From assembly GCA_964016885.1 (NCBI GenBank), contig OZ024746.1, positions 96,348,001 through 96,412,000 of the forward strand: 64,000 bases of DNA, written 5' to 3'. The notes below the pieces were generated by a model that saw only the letters and a list, made by a program, of their open reading frames with translations, had not been told where the DNA came from and made no database searches. Position numbers and translations under genes: made by a program. Below are positions 1-12,790 of the stretch, one piece after another. Source of the stretch: Eledone cirrhosa. Its lineage: Eukaryota. Positions within the stretch are counted from its first letter, which is position 1; the number at the start of each line of letters is the position of its first letter.

Positions 1-2285
1 AGATCCTTGTCGGGGTGTGGAGATCATTGTCGGGGTGTGGATGTCTTTGTCGGAGTGTGGAGGTCTTTGTCAGGGTGTGGAGGTCTTTGTCGGAGTGTGG
101 AGGTCATTGTCGGGGTGTGAAGATCCTTGTCGGGGTGTGGAGATCATTGTCGGGGTGTGGATGTCATTGTCGGGGTGTGGAGGTCATTGTTGGGGTGTGG
201 AGGTCATTGTCGGGGTGTGGAGGTCATTGTCGGGGTGTGGAGGTCTTTGTCAGGGTGTGAAGATCCTTGTCGGGGTGTGGAGATCATTGTCGGGGTGTGG
301 AGGTCATTGTCGGGGTGTGGAGATCATTGTCGGGGTGTGGAGGTCATTGTTGGGGTGTGGAGATCATTGTCGGGGTGTGGAGGTCTTTGTCAGGGTGTGG
401 AGGTCTTTGTCAGGGTGTGGAGGTCATTGTCAGGGTGTGGAGGTCTTTGTCGTGGTGTGGAGGTCATTGTGGGCGTGTGGAGATCATTGTCGGGGTGTGG
501 AGATCATTGTCAGGGTGTGGAGGTCTGTTTCGGGGTGTGGAGGTCTTTGTCGGGGTGTGGAGGTCATTGTCGGGGTGTGGAGGTCATTGTCGGGGTGTGG
601 AGGTCATTGTCGGGGTGTGGAGGTCATTGTCAGGGTGTGGAGGTCATTGTTGGGGTGTGGAGGTCATTGTTGGGGTGTGGAGGTCTTTGTCGGGGTGTGG
701 AGGTCATTGTCGGGGTGTGGAGGTCTTTGTCGGGGTGTGGAGGTCATTGTCGGGGTGAGGAGGTCATTGTCGGGGTGTGGGGGTCTTTGTCGGGGTGTGG
801 AGGTCATTGTTGGGGTGTGGAGGTCATTGTTGGGGTGTGGAGGTCATTGTTGGGGTGTGGAGGTCATTGTTGGGGTGTGGGGTTCTTTGTCGGGGTGTGG
901 GGGTCTTTGTCAGGGTGTGGAGGTCATTGTTGGGGTGTGGAGGTCTTTGTCGGGGTGTGGAGGTCATTGTCAGGGTGTGGAGGTCATTGTTGGGGTGTGG
1001 AGGTCATTGTTGGGGTGTGGAGGTCATTGTCGGGGTGTGGGGGTCTTTGTCGGGGTGTGGAGGTCATTGTCGGGGTGTGGGGGTCTTTGTCAGGGTGTGG
1101 GGGTCTTTGTCAGGGTGTGGAGGTCATTGTTGGGGTGTGGGGGTCTTTGTCGGGGTGTGTAGGTCTTTGTCGGGGTGTGGGGGTCTTTGTCAGGGTGTGG
1201 AGGTCATTGTTGGGGTGTGGAGGTCATTGTTGGGGTGTGGGGGTCTTTGTCAGGGTGTGGAGGTCATTGTCGGGGTGTGGAGATCATTGTTGGGGTGTGG
1301 GGGTCTTTGTCAGGGTGTGGAGATCATTGTTGGGGTGTGGAGGTCATTGTCGGGGTGTGGGGGTCTTTGTCGGGGTGTGGGGGTCTTTGTCAGGGTGTGG
1401 AGGTCATTGTTGGGGTGTGGAGGTCATTGTTGGGGTGTGGGGGTCTTTGTCGGGGTGTGGGGGTCTTTGTCAGGGTGTGGAGGTCATTGTTGGGGTGTGG
1501 AGATCATTGTTGGGGTGTGGAGGTCATTGTCGGGGTGTGGGGGTCTTTGTCAGGGTGTGGAGATCATTGTTGGGGTGTGGAGGTCATTGTCGGGGTGTGG
1601 GGGTCTTTGTCGGGGTGTGGGGGTCTTTGTCAGGGTGTGGAGGTCATTGTTGGGGTGTGTAGGTCATTGTTGGGGTGTGGGGGTCTTTGTCGGGGTGTGG
1701 GGGTCTTTGTCAGGGTGTGGAGGTCATTGTTGGGGTGTGGGGGTCTTTGTCGGGGTGTGGAGATCATTGTTGGGGTGTGGAGGTCATTGTCGGGGCGTGG
1801 GGGTCTTTGTCATGGTGTGGAGGTCTGTTTCGGGGTGTGGAGGTCTTTGTCAGGGTGTGGGCGTCTTTGTCGGGGTGTGGAGGTCATTGTCGTGGTGTGG
1901 AGGTCTTTGTCGTGGTGTGGAGGTCTTTGTCGTGGTGTAGAGCTCATTGTGGGCGTGTGGAGATCATTGTCGGGGTGTGGAGATCATTGTCAGGGTGTGG
2001 AGGTCTGTTTCGGGGTATGGAGGTCTTTGTCAGGGTGTGGAGGTCTTTGTCAGGGTGTGGAGGTCTTTGTCGGGGTGTGGAGGTCATTGTCGGGGTGTGG
2101 GGAGTCTTTGTCAGGGTGTGGAGGTCTTTGTCGGGGTGTGGAGGTCATTGTCGGGGTGTGGGGAGTCTTTGTCGGGGTGTGGAGGTCTTTGTCAGGGTGT
2201 GGAGGTCTTTGTCGGGGTGTGGAGGTCATTGTCGGGTGTGGAGGTCTTTGTCGGTGTGTGGGGAGTCTTTGTCAGGGTGTGGGGG
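1..2285. repeat. 20-bp G-rich tandem minisatellite, consensus AGGTCATTGTCGGGGTGTGG, about 114 units, truncated at window start
   Basis: Strict 20-nt period is visible in the rows. The ORFs in all three + frames are by-products. Confidence 0.98.
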
Positions 2286-2364
2286 GTCGATCTGCTAAAT
2301 TATGGGACATAAACACAGACATGCGCACCCTTAAGGCAATACTGAGGGCGATTGAGTGTGATAC

Positions 2365-2525
2365 AATGTGTGTAACAAGGCCGGCTCTTTGAATTATAAG
2401 TACAACTTGCTTTTGATAGCTGAGTGGACTGGTGTCACGTGAAATAAAATGTCTTGTTCAAGAAGACAACGCGCTGCTGGGAATCGGCAGCCAAACACCT
2501 TAAAAGCTGAACCACGTGCCTTCAA
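2365..2525 (-). mobile_element. Degenerate tRNA-derived SINE (octopus OR-like family, type B)
   Basis: Reverse complement matches the copy at 38070-38390 (GAAGGCACGTGG...CAAGACATTTTATTTCACGTG...CCACTCAGCT). Confidence 0.7.
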
Positions 2526-2540
2526 AAATATAAACACGCG

Positions 2541-2685
2541 CTTTGGGTAAAATAAAATACAAGGAGGATCAGTTAATTATGATTTTATTCAACACATTCT
2601 CCTCTCAGATCCACACACTTACTGCAGTAGACCTTCAGTTTTTTTCTAAGCCTTGTCGAAAGAACTCGATAAGTTCCTGGCTTGA
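2541..2685 (-). mobile_element. Mariner/Tc1 transposase C-terminal remnant
   Basis: Minus strand reads EFFRQGLEK(frameshift)[17 protein letters not shown], resembling the mariner C-terminus GIxKLxxRWxKCVxxxGxYVE*. Confidence 0.65.
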
Positions 2686-2768
2686 TTACTACTACAGAGG
2701 CCTGGTTGGAGGAGGCGCAGCCTTCCGAATTCTTATACATTTATATATATATATATATATATATATTA

Positions 2769-3442
<674 letters not shown>

Positions 3443-3446
3443 CATT

Positions 3447-3564
<118 letters not shown>

Positions 3565-3583
3565 AGTATATATATATATTGAG

Positions 3584-3644
<61 letters not shown>

Positions 3645-3647
<3 letters not shown>

Positions 3648-4288
3648 TTTCTGTCTGTCTATCAAATTCCACTCACAAGGCATAGGTCCGTAGCGAAATC
3701 TCTTCGCACATACTGAACACCGAATGACATCTGGCTGCTATTTCTTTTTATCTCGGGTTGGCGTCAGTTGTCTGGTGAGGCTGGCCAACTTAAGGTTAAA
3801 TTAGCTTTCCTTTGGGTCATTCCATACTGGTTCCTCAGAAGAGAAGAATCATTTCGAGTTGCTCAAGCAAGTAGCGATATGTAGCACTTAGCAAAGAAAC
3901 TCCAGCCCTCTCGACAAAGGCCCGACAGTTATTCTTCTATCGGTTCTTTAACCACACTCAGTCACCTGCTTCTTCAACAACACAGTTTCCTTGCCATTGC
4001 GAGCTTACTACTACCTATGCTGGTACGTACTGTCTGACTACAACTTTTCACTTTTTAAGGGAACATCTCAGAAGCCTTTTTTGAACACTATATTCAAACT
4101 TTATATGATTCGAAATAAACGTATCTATATATCCAACCAGAATTATTAGTATTTGTCATATTTATCATCCTCTTCCACAACAACCAATAACTTCTCTTCA
4201 AGTTTACCCAAAGCTATAATAACTACAAGGTGCCGCGCGGTGGGATGGAACCCAGAACTACATAGTTACGAAGCGAACCCCTTAACTA
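3645..4288 (-). mobile_element. OK-like tRNA SINE, split by an unidentified insert of about 520 bp (3690-4215)
   Basis: 3' part (CAGTTTC...CAAATTCCACTCACAAGGC) at 3645-3690 and head (GGTGCC..GTGGGATGGAACCCAGAAC) at 4225-4288. Similar to 36090-36255. Confidence 0.55.
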
Positions 4289-4473
4289 CCAGCTGTGTCT
4301 GCTCCTATGTTTATTAATGATCGGGCTTATAACATAATCTACTCTATCCGTGATTAAGGGATTGGAAAAAAGAATCGCTCTTGAAATATTTTGTGTTATT
4401 AAATATCCAGTCTTTATGTTACTCAATATATCACAAGAGGCTGTAGAGAAATATTTGGTTGGTAGTTAAATTA

Positions 4474-4549
<76 letters not shown>

Positions 4550-4640
4550 ATATATATATATATATATCCTTATCGAGCCCTCTTTGGATTTTAGTCTTCA
4601 AATTTATTATTATTACTATATATAAATATATATATATATA

Positions 4641-4990
4641 TATTGTTATACTTTGGGAGGGTCATGTTGCCAATAAGAAACACACGCACCAGATGTTTTC
4701 ACTTCAATTCGTAGGACAGAACAAAAGAGAGGCACAAAAACAAAGAAAAGAATCCCCAGTCACTGAAAATGTGACGAAAGAACTTTGACAATATATAAAC
4801 AATCATCTGGTTGTGGAACCAACCAACCAACCGGAAATTTATAAATTCCTAAATTTATTATAATAAATTGAAGTGAAAGCAACTGGTGCATGTGTTTCTT
4901 ATTGGCAACATGACCCTCAAAAGTATAACAATATCGGTTTCAACATACGTTTTCAGATAAAGAAACTTGCTAAACAAATTCAGAAACGAT
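4641..4990 (+). mobile_element. PLE terminal repeat, family A, with short 5' inversion (4641-4710 inverted against 4867-4933)
   Basis: Matches the 3' UTR of the PLE at 15900-16897. The hammerhead is partly deleted (CTGAAAATGTGACGAAAGAACTTTGAC). Confidence 0.8.
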
Positions 4991-4994
4991 ATAT

Positions 4995-5220
4995 ATGGAA
5001 AAGAATAAAACGAAATTTCATCTCTCACTCTTAGTACAGCCGATACTTAAATGTAAGTATGTATGTATACGTACATACATATATGTATACAGACGTACAG
5101 TAGTATGTATATATATACATACATGCACACATATATATATATGTACGTATGGGTTTACCGAACATTTATTATAATGTTCGGTTTGTTTGCAAACAAACAG
5201 CCCGAATTACGTATATATTA

Positions 5221-5262
<42 letters not shown>

Positions 5263-5645
5263 AGCCCGAATTACGCCGTATATTGTTTAGGCAACCACGT
5301 CACCTTTTTGTTCAACACTGACACAGGAACGATGTACTAGTTTCAAGGTTATTACCTATCGTCAGCATCGTATACCTTCCTGCCAGATGGTTGAACGTCT
5401 GAAAGTATATACTTTCCTTATGCATATTAACGGCTGAGCAACCTAATTTGCATATCGAGTGAGTTCAGTCGGCCGGGCACACTGAAATTCGGGCTGTTTG
5501 TTTGTTTACAAACAAACAAACCGAGCATTATAATAAATGTTCGGTAAACCGATACGTGCATATATATATGTGTGCATGTATGTATATATATATATATACA
5601 TACTACTGTACGTCTGTATACATATATGTATGTACGTATACATAC
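4995..5645. mobile_element. PLE-type terminal repeat, family C, inverted-repeat arrangement
   Basis: 5055-5210 is inverted against 5490-5645. Same family as 51281-52100. Contains a hammerhead. Confidence 0.75.
5330..5370 (-). ncRNA. Minimal type I hammerhead ribozyme (family C)
   Basis: CGATG-CTGACGA-TAGGTAATAACCTT-GAAA-CTAG-TA-CATCG. Homologue on + strand at 51869-51909. Confidence 0.85.
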
Positions 5646-5651
5646 ATACTT

Positions 5652-5693
<42 letters not shown>

Positions 5694-5698
<5 letters not shown>

Positions 5699-5890
5699 AA
5701 CGAGTAGGACCCCGACGGCTGAGCTCAAGCCGTTTCGACGGCTAATTCTGGACGTCCAAAATTAGCCGTCGAAACGGCTTGAGCTCAGCCGTCGGGGTCC
5801 TACTCGTTCCTATTACCCACTCTACTACCCTAAGTATTGAGTACTTTGGTGCGTTATGGTCCACCTGGTTCCTTACCACATTTCCTTCGT
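5694..5890. mobile_element. Fold-back palindrome (5694-5813) plus tail, family D
   Basis: ATAGGAACGAGTAGGACCCCGACGGCTGAG... mirrored. Related copies at 9240-9458, 15220-15365, 52210-52260 and 57690-57760. Confidence 0.8.
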
Positions 5891-6080
5891 TTTATATATA
5901 TATATATAATATATACGTAATTCGGGCTGTTTGTTTACAAATAGTCACTTATATATTATGAAATACTGTTGGCTTCTTGCTCACATTAATTTCTCTATTT
6001 TATAAATAAAGTACCAGTAATGCACTGAGTATTTGCTGGCCTTGTGCCAAAAAGTAGAAACAATTAATTTCTCTATTTTC

Positions 6081-6132
<52 letters not shown>

Positions 6133-6564
6133 TAATTTAATAATTGGAAAGACCAATGGAAACATTGTTTTCTAAGTCCGGTTTGACGAGCTTCACTCCA
6201 ATCGTTAAGCGAATGAGGCCTGGGATCTTGTCCATTGATTGTCGATTGTTGATATGTTCGTTTGGTGATCTAACAGTAACTTGACGTTACAATCTCTAAA
6301 CTATATATATATAGAGAGATAGATGGTGAAGGACAGAACAAAGTAGAGACACAAAATAAGAAATCAGTCACACAGGAGGTCATAGAATGTGTGACGAAAG
6401 AGCTTTGAAAATATATAAACAACCATCCGGTTATTGAACCAACCAACCGGAAATTAATAAATTGAAGTGCAAACGACCCCCACCAAGTATAACAATATAT
6501 ATATTTATATATATAGCGGTGCCCCAGCATGGCCTCAGCCTATCGGCTGGAACACGTAAAGGAG

Positions 6565-6680
<116 letters not shown>

Positions 6681-6919
6681 CACTCAGCCTCTCATCGCTA
6701 TGTCTGGGTCAGTATAAAACCTTTTCCCGGGTCCTGTATTTTCGTTGCTCTAGTGATGCGGCTGGACTGCCGACCGCTATATCTGATTTGCTAAGCTGTC
6801 TGAACGTAATGTTATTACTCTGGAGTCTTTCCTCATCTGAGTGCTCAAGCTACAGACCGATTATGGATATACGTTAGCTTGGCCGTATTCTAAAGCTTCG
6901 TCAATGCTGTACTAAAATT

Positions 6920-6992
<73 letters not shown>

Positions 6993-7163
6993 CGCTTTAC
7001 GCGTTTCACTTGTCCCAATAGCTTAGTTATTGCTCGCACCAACCTGAGGTATCTGATTTTTAATGCGATGAAATACCAATGATGGTTGGCAAATCACTGA
7101 TGAGGGACTAATTTTATAATATGTAATCCATGTGCAACCACGCAGTATTTTTCTCCCCTTGTT

Positions 7164-7211
<48 letters not shown>

Positions 7212-7309
7212 GGAGTGTAACTTGGAGTTACTGTAGGTTCACCCGGGAGAGCACTCGATGTTTAGGTTCACTTCTGTGTCGAGGTGGAGAGCTAGAGTGA
7301 GTGTATTAT

Positions 7310-8425
7310 AGTGAAAAGATAACAAGGACGATTGGTTACTCCTTCATTACGTTTATTGGTTGGTGACGCGCGTTTCGCCACTGATCAGCTCAAGGTTCGA
7401 TCTGTATCGATCTGACCTGGTTCTGTAACCCGCGGGTCGTCAGACCCCTTGTAATGCTAATGGAAAAATGAATATACGTGCTGTATGATAAAGTCAGAAG
7501 TTCCCATGGTGGTCAGTAAAGTTTGTTTTGATTGGTGGATTAATTCATAGGGATGTTTTGACTGTAGTGTATCTGGGGGTGAGGTAGGTTGTAGGTTGTA
7601 GTGGGTGGCGGTGTGGGGGTGCTGGTTGTCGGCAGACAGTTTGGCATGTAGATGTGGTTGATTTTTGTGTGTGAGTGGGTGTGGTGTTGTTGTTTATGAT
7701 AAGGATGAAAGGTTGCGGTGTTTATGGTAGGGTGATGATTGTGGTCGTGGGTTGTTAAGGGGGCTCCATTCCATAAGGAGATACATATATACACACGTAG
7801 CCTGACAAATACATTATATACATACACATGTGTATATATATAGCCAGTGGGGATGGCGGTTGTACATGATATTTACAAGATCTGATCTTACAATGGGTTA
7901 CATGTTAGAGAAGACAAAGGTACTGAGATGGGGGACGGTGTGACAAAGCAAAGGTGGTTATCCCTATTTTGAGTCAGGGTTAGTGGCTGGCCCTCGGCCG
8001 AATGTTTGTTCAGAGAAGGTGGTCATCCTGGTGTGTCTGCAGTGTATTATTATGTCAGATCTTGAGTTTATGGCCGATTTCAATTTAATGATCTCAGCCG
8101 CCTCGGTCAGGCATAACCTGCAGTGGTTTCTGTCGTTGGGGAGTTGGGCCACGCGTCTTTTAACTGACCCTTTGATCTGGTATTCCATGTTTTTGTGTTT
8201 GAGGTCCCAGATCACGTCCGATAGTCTTGTTTGGGATCGTTTGGGCCTGTGTTTGAAGGAGCTTTTGTGGTTATACCAGCGCTCCTTAAATGTAGTCGAG
8301 GTCGCCCCTATGTAGGAGTACTCTTTTCAGCTAGCTGTGATATCGCACCGGTAAATAATGTTTTTAACGAGGCAATCCCCGTTCAATAAACAGACACCAT
8401 GCTTTACTCTAAAGCATGGTGTCTG
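7310..8425 (-). mobile_element. 5'-truncated Naiad-like PLE: GIY-YIG remnant (7964-8395), 3' UTR and hammerhead
   Basis: Minus strand reads CLLNGDCLVKNIIYRC..YSYIGATSTTFKERWYNHKSSF..LSDVIWDLK..CRLCLTE..INSRSDIIIHCRH, with an internal stop. Confidence 0.85.
7362..7446 (-). ncRNA. Type I hammerhead with extended stem II (second copy at 11116-11200)
   Basis: GGT-CTGACGA-[about 60 nt]-GAAA-CGCGCG-TC-ACC...AATAAA at the PLE 3' end. Confidence 0.7.
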
Positions 8426-8444
8426 ACGCGCTACCAATAATAAA

Positions 8445-8695
8445 AGTAATTGTTTGTTTCTACTTTAGGCACAAGACCAGTAATTTTGGTAGAAGGGAAA
8501 GTCGATTAAATCGACCTCAGTGCATTACAAGGCTAGCAATTATCCCAGTGCATTACTGGTACTTTATTTTATCGACTCCGTAAGGATGAAAGGCAAAGTT
8601 AACCTCGGCGGGATTTGAACTCAGACTGTAAAGGGTCGCAATTCTGTGCTGCCAAGCATATCGTCCGACTCTCTGCCGATACTACCAATCCACCT
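8445..8695 (-). mobile_element. tRNA-derived SINE (octopus OR-like, type A)
   Basis: GGTGGATTGG...CTGAGTTCAAATCCCGCCGAGGTTAACTTTGCCTTTCATCCTTACGG.GTCGATAAAATAAAGTACCAGT, with a B-box-like GAGTTCAAATCC. Confidence 0.85.
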
Positions 8696-8719
8696 CATTG
8701 ACCATCACATATTGCGGTT

Positions 8720-9022
8720 TATCTGCAACGTCTGTCTGTCTGTTTGACTCCCTAAAACTCGAGAACCACCCAACCGATTGTTTTCAAACTTTACAAATGT
8801 AATACATATGGTCGTGTGAGCGTTTTGAGCCAAACCAATTTCAAATTTTCAATGCCCTAGGGACGGCATTAGGCGATTTAGCGATCTCTCTCTATAATTC
8901 TTAGTCTTTCTTTTTAGATATATAGCTATAACGTTGCGCCCTTATAATATATGTCTGTATGTCTGGCTGTCTGCATTACGAAATTATGACGCTATATGTG
9001 TGTGCGTATATATGTATATATA

Positions 9023-9093
<71 letters not shown>

Positions 9094-9194
9094 GTGTGTA
9101 ACGTTTTTCGAAATATTTACTTCTGCGTTCACAGATTGATTTTTTTAGTTTCAGAAGGGTGAAAGCGACGTTTCTTTGCTTAAACTTTAATCTG

Positions 9195-9237
<43 letters not shown>

Positions 9238-9605
9238 ACGAAAGAAATGTGGTAAGGAACCATAACGCACCAAACGCACCAAAGTACTCAATACTTAGGG
9301 TAGTAGAGTGGGTAATAGGAACGAGTAGGACCCCGATGGCTGAGCTCAAGCCGTTTCGACGGCTAATTCTGAACTCAATTAGTCCAGAATTAAGCGTCAG
9401 TCCAGAATTAGCCGTCAAACGACTTGAGCTCAGCCGTCGGGGTCCTACTCGTTCCTATATATATATAATTATATATTCGTGTACAAATATTTTTGCATAT
9501 ACACTAACAAAATATAAACGAGGCTCGATAAGGATAAATATATATCAAATATATAAGAACCCTAGAGCAAATCCCGAGCAACGCCGGGCCATTCTGCTAT
9601 TCAGA
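8720..9605 (+). mobile_element. Fragments of a non-autonomous Helitron-like element
   Basis: 5'-type sequence TCTGTCTGTTTG..AAAACTCGAGAACCACCCAACCGATT and 3' hairpin CCCGAGCAACGCCGGG..CTGCTA. The same 3' end with CTAG recurs at 44948-44976. Confidence 0.45.
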
Positions 9606-9629
9606 TATAAATTAACGATTTTATTTATT

Positions 9630-10385
9630 GGGGATCTAGCTGGGTCCCCAAGCGAGACCAGCCAAGCTCATGGATGTTATCCAACCATCTTGCTCGGGGT
9701 CTACTCCTGGGTCTCCTGCCGGTTGGTTTTGCTCGTAAAATCTGTCCAGCAATTCTTTCCTGAGACATTCTAACCACATACTCATAGTATCGGAGCTGTG
9801 ATCTCTCAATTCAGAGAAGGAGCGGCTCTACTTGGAGTGACTCTCCAGTGATTCCTTCTTGAGACATTCTAACCAGATGTCCATAGTATCGGAGCTGTGA
9901 TCTCTCAATTCGGAGAAGGAGCGGCTCTACTTGGAGTAACTCTCCAGTGATTCTTTCCTGAGACATTCTAACCAGATGTCCATAGTATCGGAGCTGTGAT
10001 CTCTCAATTCGGAGAAGGAGCGGCTCTACTTGGAGTGACTCTCCAATGATTCTTTCCTGAGACATTCTAACCACATGTCCATAGTATCGGAGCTGTGATC
10101 TCTCAATTCGGAGAAGGAGCGGCTTTAGCTTCACAGGAAGGACACCTAAGCAATGGCTCAACAGAATGTCAATCCCAATACAGCCCCTCCCACAAAGAGT
10201 TATCCTTGTTCGGAGGGAGTAAGTATCCTTAAAGGGGATACACACAAGTGTCGACCGATTCAATGCAGTCAAATATCAATGGGAGCAGCCACCATCTGCT
10301 TGGGTGCCCAGACCTCCCCCCAGCTCAGGGTGTTGACCTCACCCCCCACCGTAATCTCACAGCCGTGAGCTAGTTGCAGCGCCTG
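9630..10385 (-). mobile_element. Internally deleted RTE-clade LINE with a 99-bp unit repeated about 3.7 times
   Basis: VEPLLLRIERSQLRYYGHVVRMSQERI repeats. A GRRPxGRPxxRWLD-type RTE C-terminus follows at 9630-9750. Confidence 0.8.
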
Positions 10386-10556
10386 AGGGTGTCAGTGCTA
10401 TCTACATGTACATGGATATATATACATATACATATATATGTACATGTATATATATGTACATGTATATATGTATATATGTATATATACATGTACATGTATG
10501 TATGTACATGTACATGTACATGTATATATATATATATATATATATACATGTACATG

Positions 10557-10606
<50 letters not shown>

Positions 10607-10679
10607 CATGTATATATATGTACATGTATATATGTATATATACATGTACATGTATGTATGTACATGTACATGTACATGT

Positions 10680-10712
<33 letters not shown>

Positions 10713-10716
10713 CATG

Positions 10717-10809
<93 letters not shown>

Positions 10810-10811
<2 letters not shown>

Positions 10812-11050
10812 CCTCACACCCTTTCACCACTTGTTTCCCTTTATTTTCCCACTCATGTGTTATTTTTATTTTTTTACCTTCATTTTAATTTTTTTCCACT
10901 CCCACTCACACCCTCTCGGAACTCCTCCCCTTCCCACCATTCTCCTGATGAAGGGCTTATGTCTGAAACGTCCCCCCACCTCACTCTCAAGCGTGAACCT
11001 AATACTTAACCCCTTTCGTAACTACTCCTTGTTGTTGTTGTTATTTACTT
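10810..11050 (+). mobile_element. Neptune-type PLE 3' end with hammerhead motif (10945-10972)
   Basis: CTGATGA-AGGGCTTATGTCT-GAAACGTC...CACTCTCAAGCGTGAAC is similar to the 3' end of the element at 27591-30130. Confidence 0.7.
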
Positions 11051-11254
11051 TTCCAATATATAGTGAAATAAAATAACAAGGACGATTGGTTACTCCTTCA
11101 TTGCGTTTATTGGTTGGTGACGCGCGTTTCGCCATTGATCAGCTCAAGCTTCGATCTGTATCGATCTGACCCGACTCTGTAATCTGCGGCTCGTCAGACC
11201 TCTTGTAATGGTAATGGAAAATATATATATCTATATATATATATATATAAATCC

Positions 11255-12163
11255 ATGGCCTCCAAATACCTGATACTCAAAAACTCAGCAATGTCCAGTA
11301 GTGCTAGGTTTAATATTCTGATCGCAGACTTGGTACGAGTGATGAAGAACGTGTCCCGCATGTGCGACCCAACAGAAATGGAAAGACACATCCAACACTT
11401 CATCAACCGCATGCAGTTCTCTGGCTACAACCAAAGAGACAGAATCAGAGTATACGAAGGAGCCACGGAGAAGTATAAGACCCTCATAGAACTGGACATG
11501 AAAGGAATTTGCCCATTATACAGGAGCAAATCATGGAATAGCTTAGATAGGACTAAACATAAGATAGGGAAAGCCACCTCATGGTACGGCAACCAGAGAT
11601 ACCAGAGTGTCATGTTCGTGGATGCTATCCTTGGAGGGAAATTAGCTAACCAATGTAGAAAGACCCTGAGAAAGACCCACTTAAAGATTAAAGTGGTAGA
11701 AAAGCCAGGAACTACCATAAAATCCCTGATCAGCAAAACATACCCTTTTAAGAAAACCGACTGTACTAATAGGAAATGTGTTATATGCAAAGTAAACTCA
11801 CAGATAAACTGTAAAACTAGAAATGTAGTCTATAGCATAAGATGTACAGAGGGTACTTGCAGAAACATGACTACAACATACATAGGCGAGACAGTTCGTA
11901 GCATAGGTGAAAGGATAGACCAACACTGGGGGGAATTAAAAGGACGACAAAACGGTTCAGTACTATACGAACACACCAGACAACAACATGACGGTAACAT
12001 AGACAACATAGAAATTAAAATAATATCTAAACATAGAAATGACCCAGCAGATAGGCAAATCAGAGAGGCAAGTGAAATAGAGCTTAGAAGACCAAAGCTA
12101 AACAGAAAAAATGAATGGAATAACAACACCCAAACAAACAATACTGACTTAAGAGAAATATAG
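11255..12163 (+). pseudogene. 5'-truncated PLE ORF: RT thumb, Cys-rich linker and GIY-YIG endonuclease (302 aa open)
   Basis: QFSGY..CTNRKCVICK..CKTRNVVYSIRC..YIGETVRSIGERIDQH..LYEH..RQIREA..LNRKNE. The RT catalytic core is absent. Confidence 0.9.
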
Positions 12164-12560
12164 ATAAATAAATAAATAAATAAATAAATATATACACAAG
12201 CACAATAACAACCAACACATATAAACACACACTAATAAACTAAGATAGAATACAATAACGAAAAGACAGTCATTCAAACGCGAACACACACACCAAACAC
12301 TATACAAACACGCAAACGCGTACACAGAGAAGAAGACATAAATAAATAAATAAATAAATAAACAGATAAAATAAAAATGACGTAGACATACAATACAACA
12401 GGAGGAAACATAATAGTACCACTGATGATGTTGCAGATGAGCAACGAAAGAACTTTGTTAGACTATATATCTGTATTTTTGACCGTTGGTCAGTCAATGG
12501 ACCAAATGAATTAACTGTGGAGATATAAAAGATACAGAAGCGAAAACCAACCAAACTGTG
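12164..12560 (+). mobile_element. 3' UTR/terminal repeat of the same PLE, with hammerhead at 12422-12458
   Basis: CTGATGA-TGTTGCAGATGAGCAAC-GAAA-GAACTT. Same family as 60718-63582. Confidence 0.8.
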
Positions 12561-12562
12561 GG

Positions 12563-12790
12563 TATGTCAATATTTATTTATAAAACTGATCTATATTATA
12601 TTTTATCTGATGAAAGCACACCATAATTTAACTTGGTGTCCTTGAAATATGCATAATGAAATAAATATGGTTTTATAAATATAGTTTCCATTTGTTAATA
12701 TCGTATTTTTACTCCACATATTTGTTGAGTGCTTTATATCAGTTATAAAAATATTTGCTTGTTGTATCCCAACAATTTAAATATTCAGTC
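12563..12790 (+). mobile_element. PLE terminal repeat, family B, with hammerhead
   Basis: ATTTTAT-CTGATGA-AAGCACACCA..TGGTGTCCTT-GAAA-TATGCA-TA-ATGAAAT. Copies at 20080-20245, 20835-21085, 30165-30605, 49515-49978, 57826-58095 and 62700-63150. Confidence 0.8.

Noticed and set aside
15-2392. Long Cys/Gly/Val-rich ORFs
   Set aside because: Open in all three + frames because the 20-mer lacks stops. Satellite artefact.
7097-7140. CTGATGAG motif
   Set aside because: No downstream stem II/GAAA arrangement.
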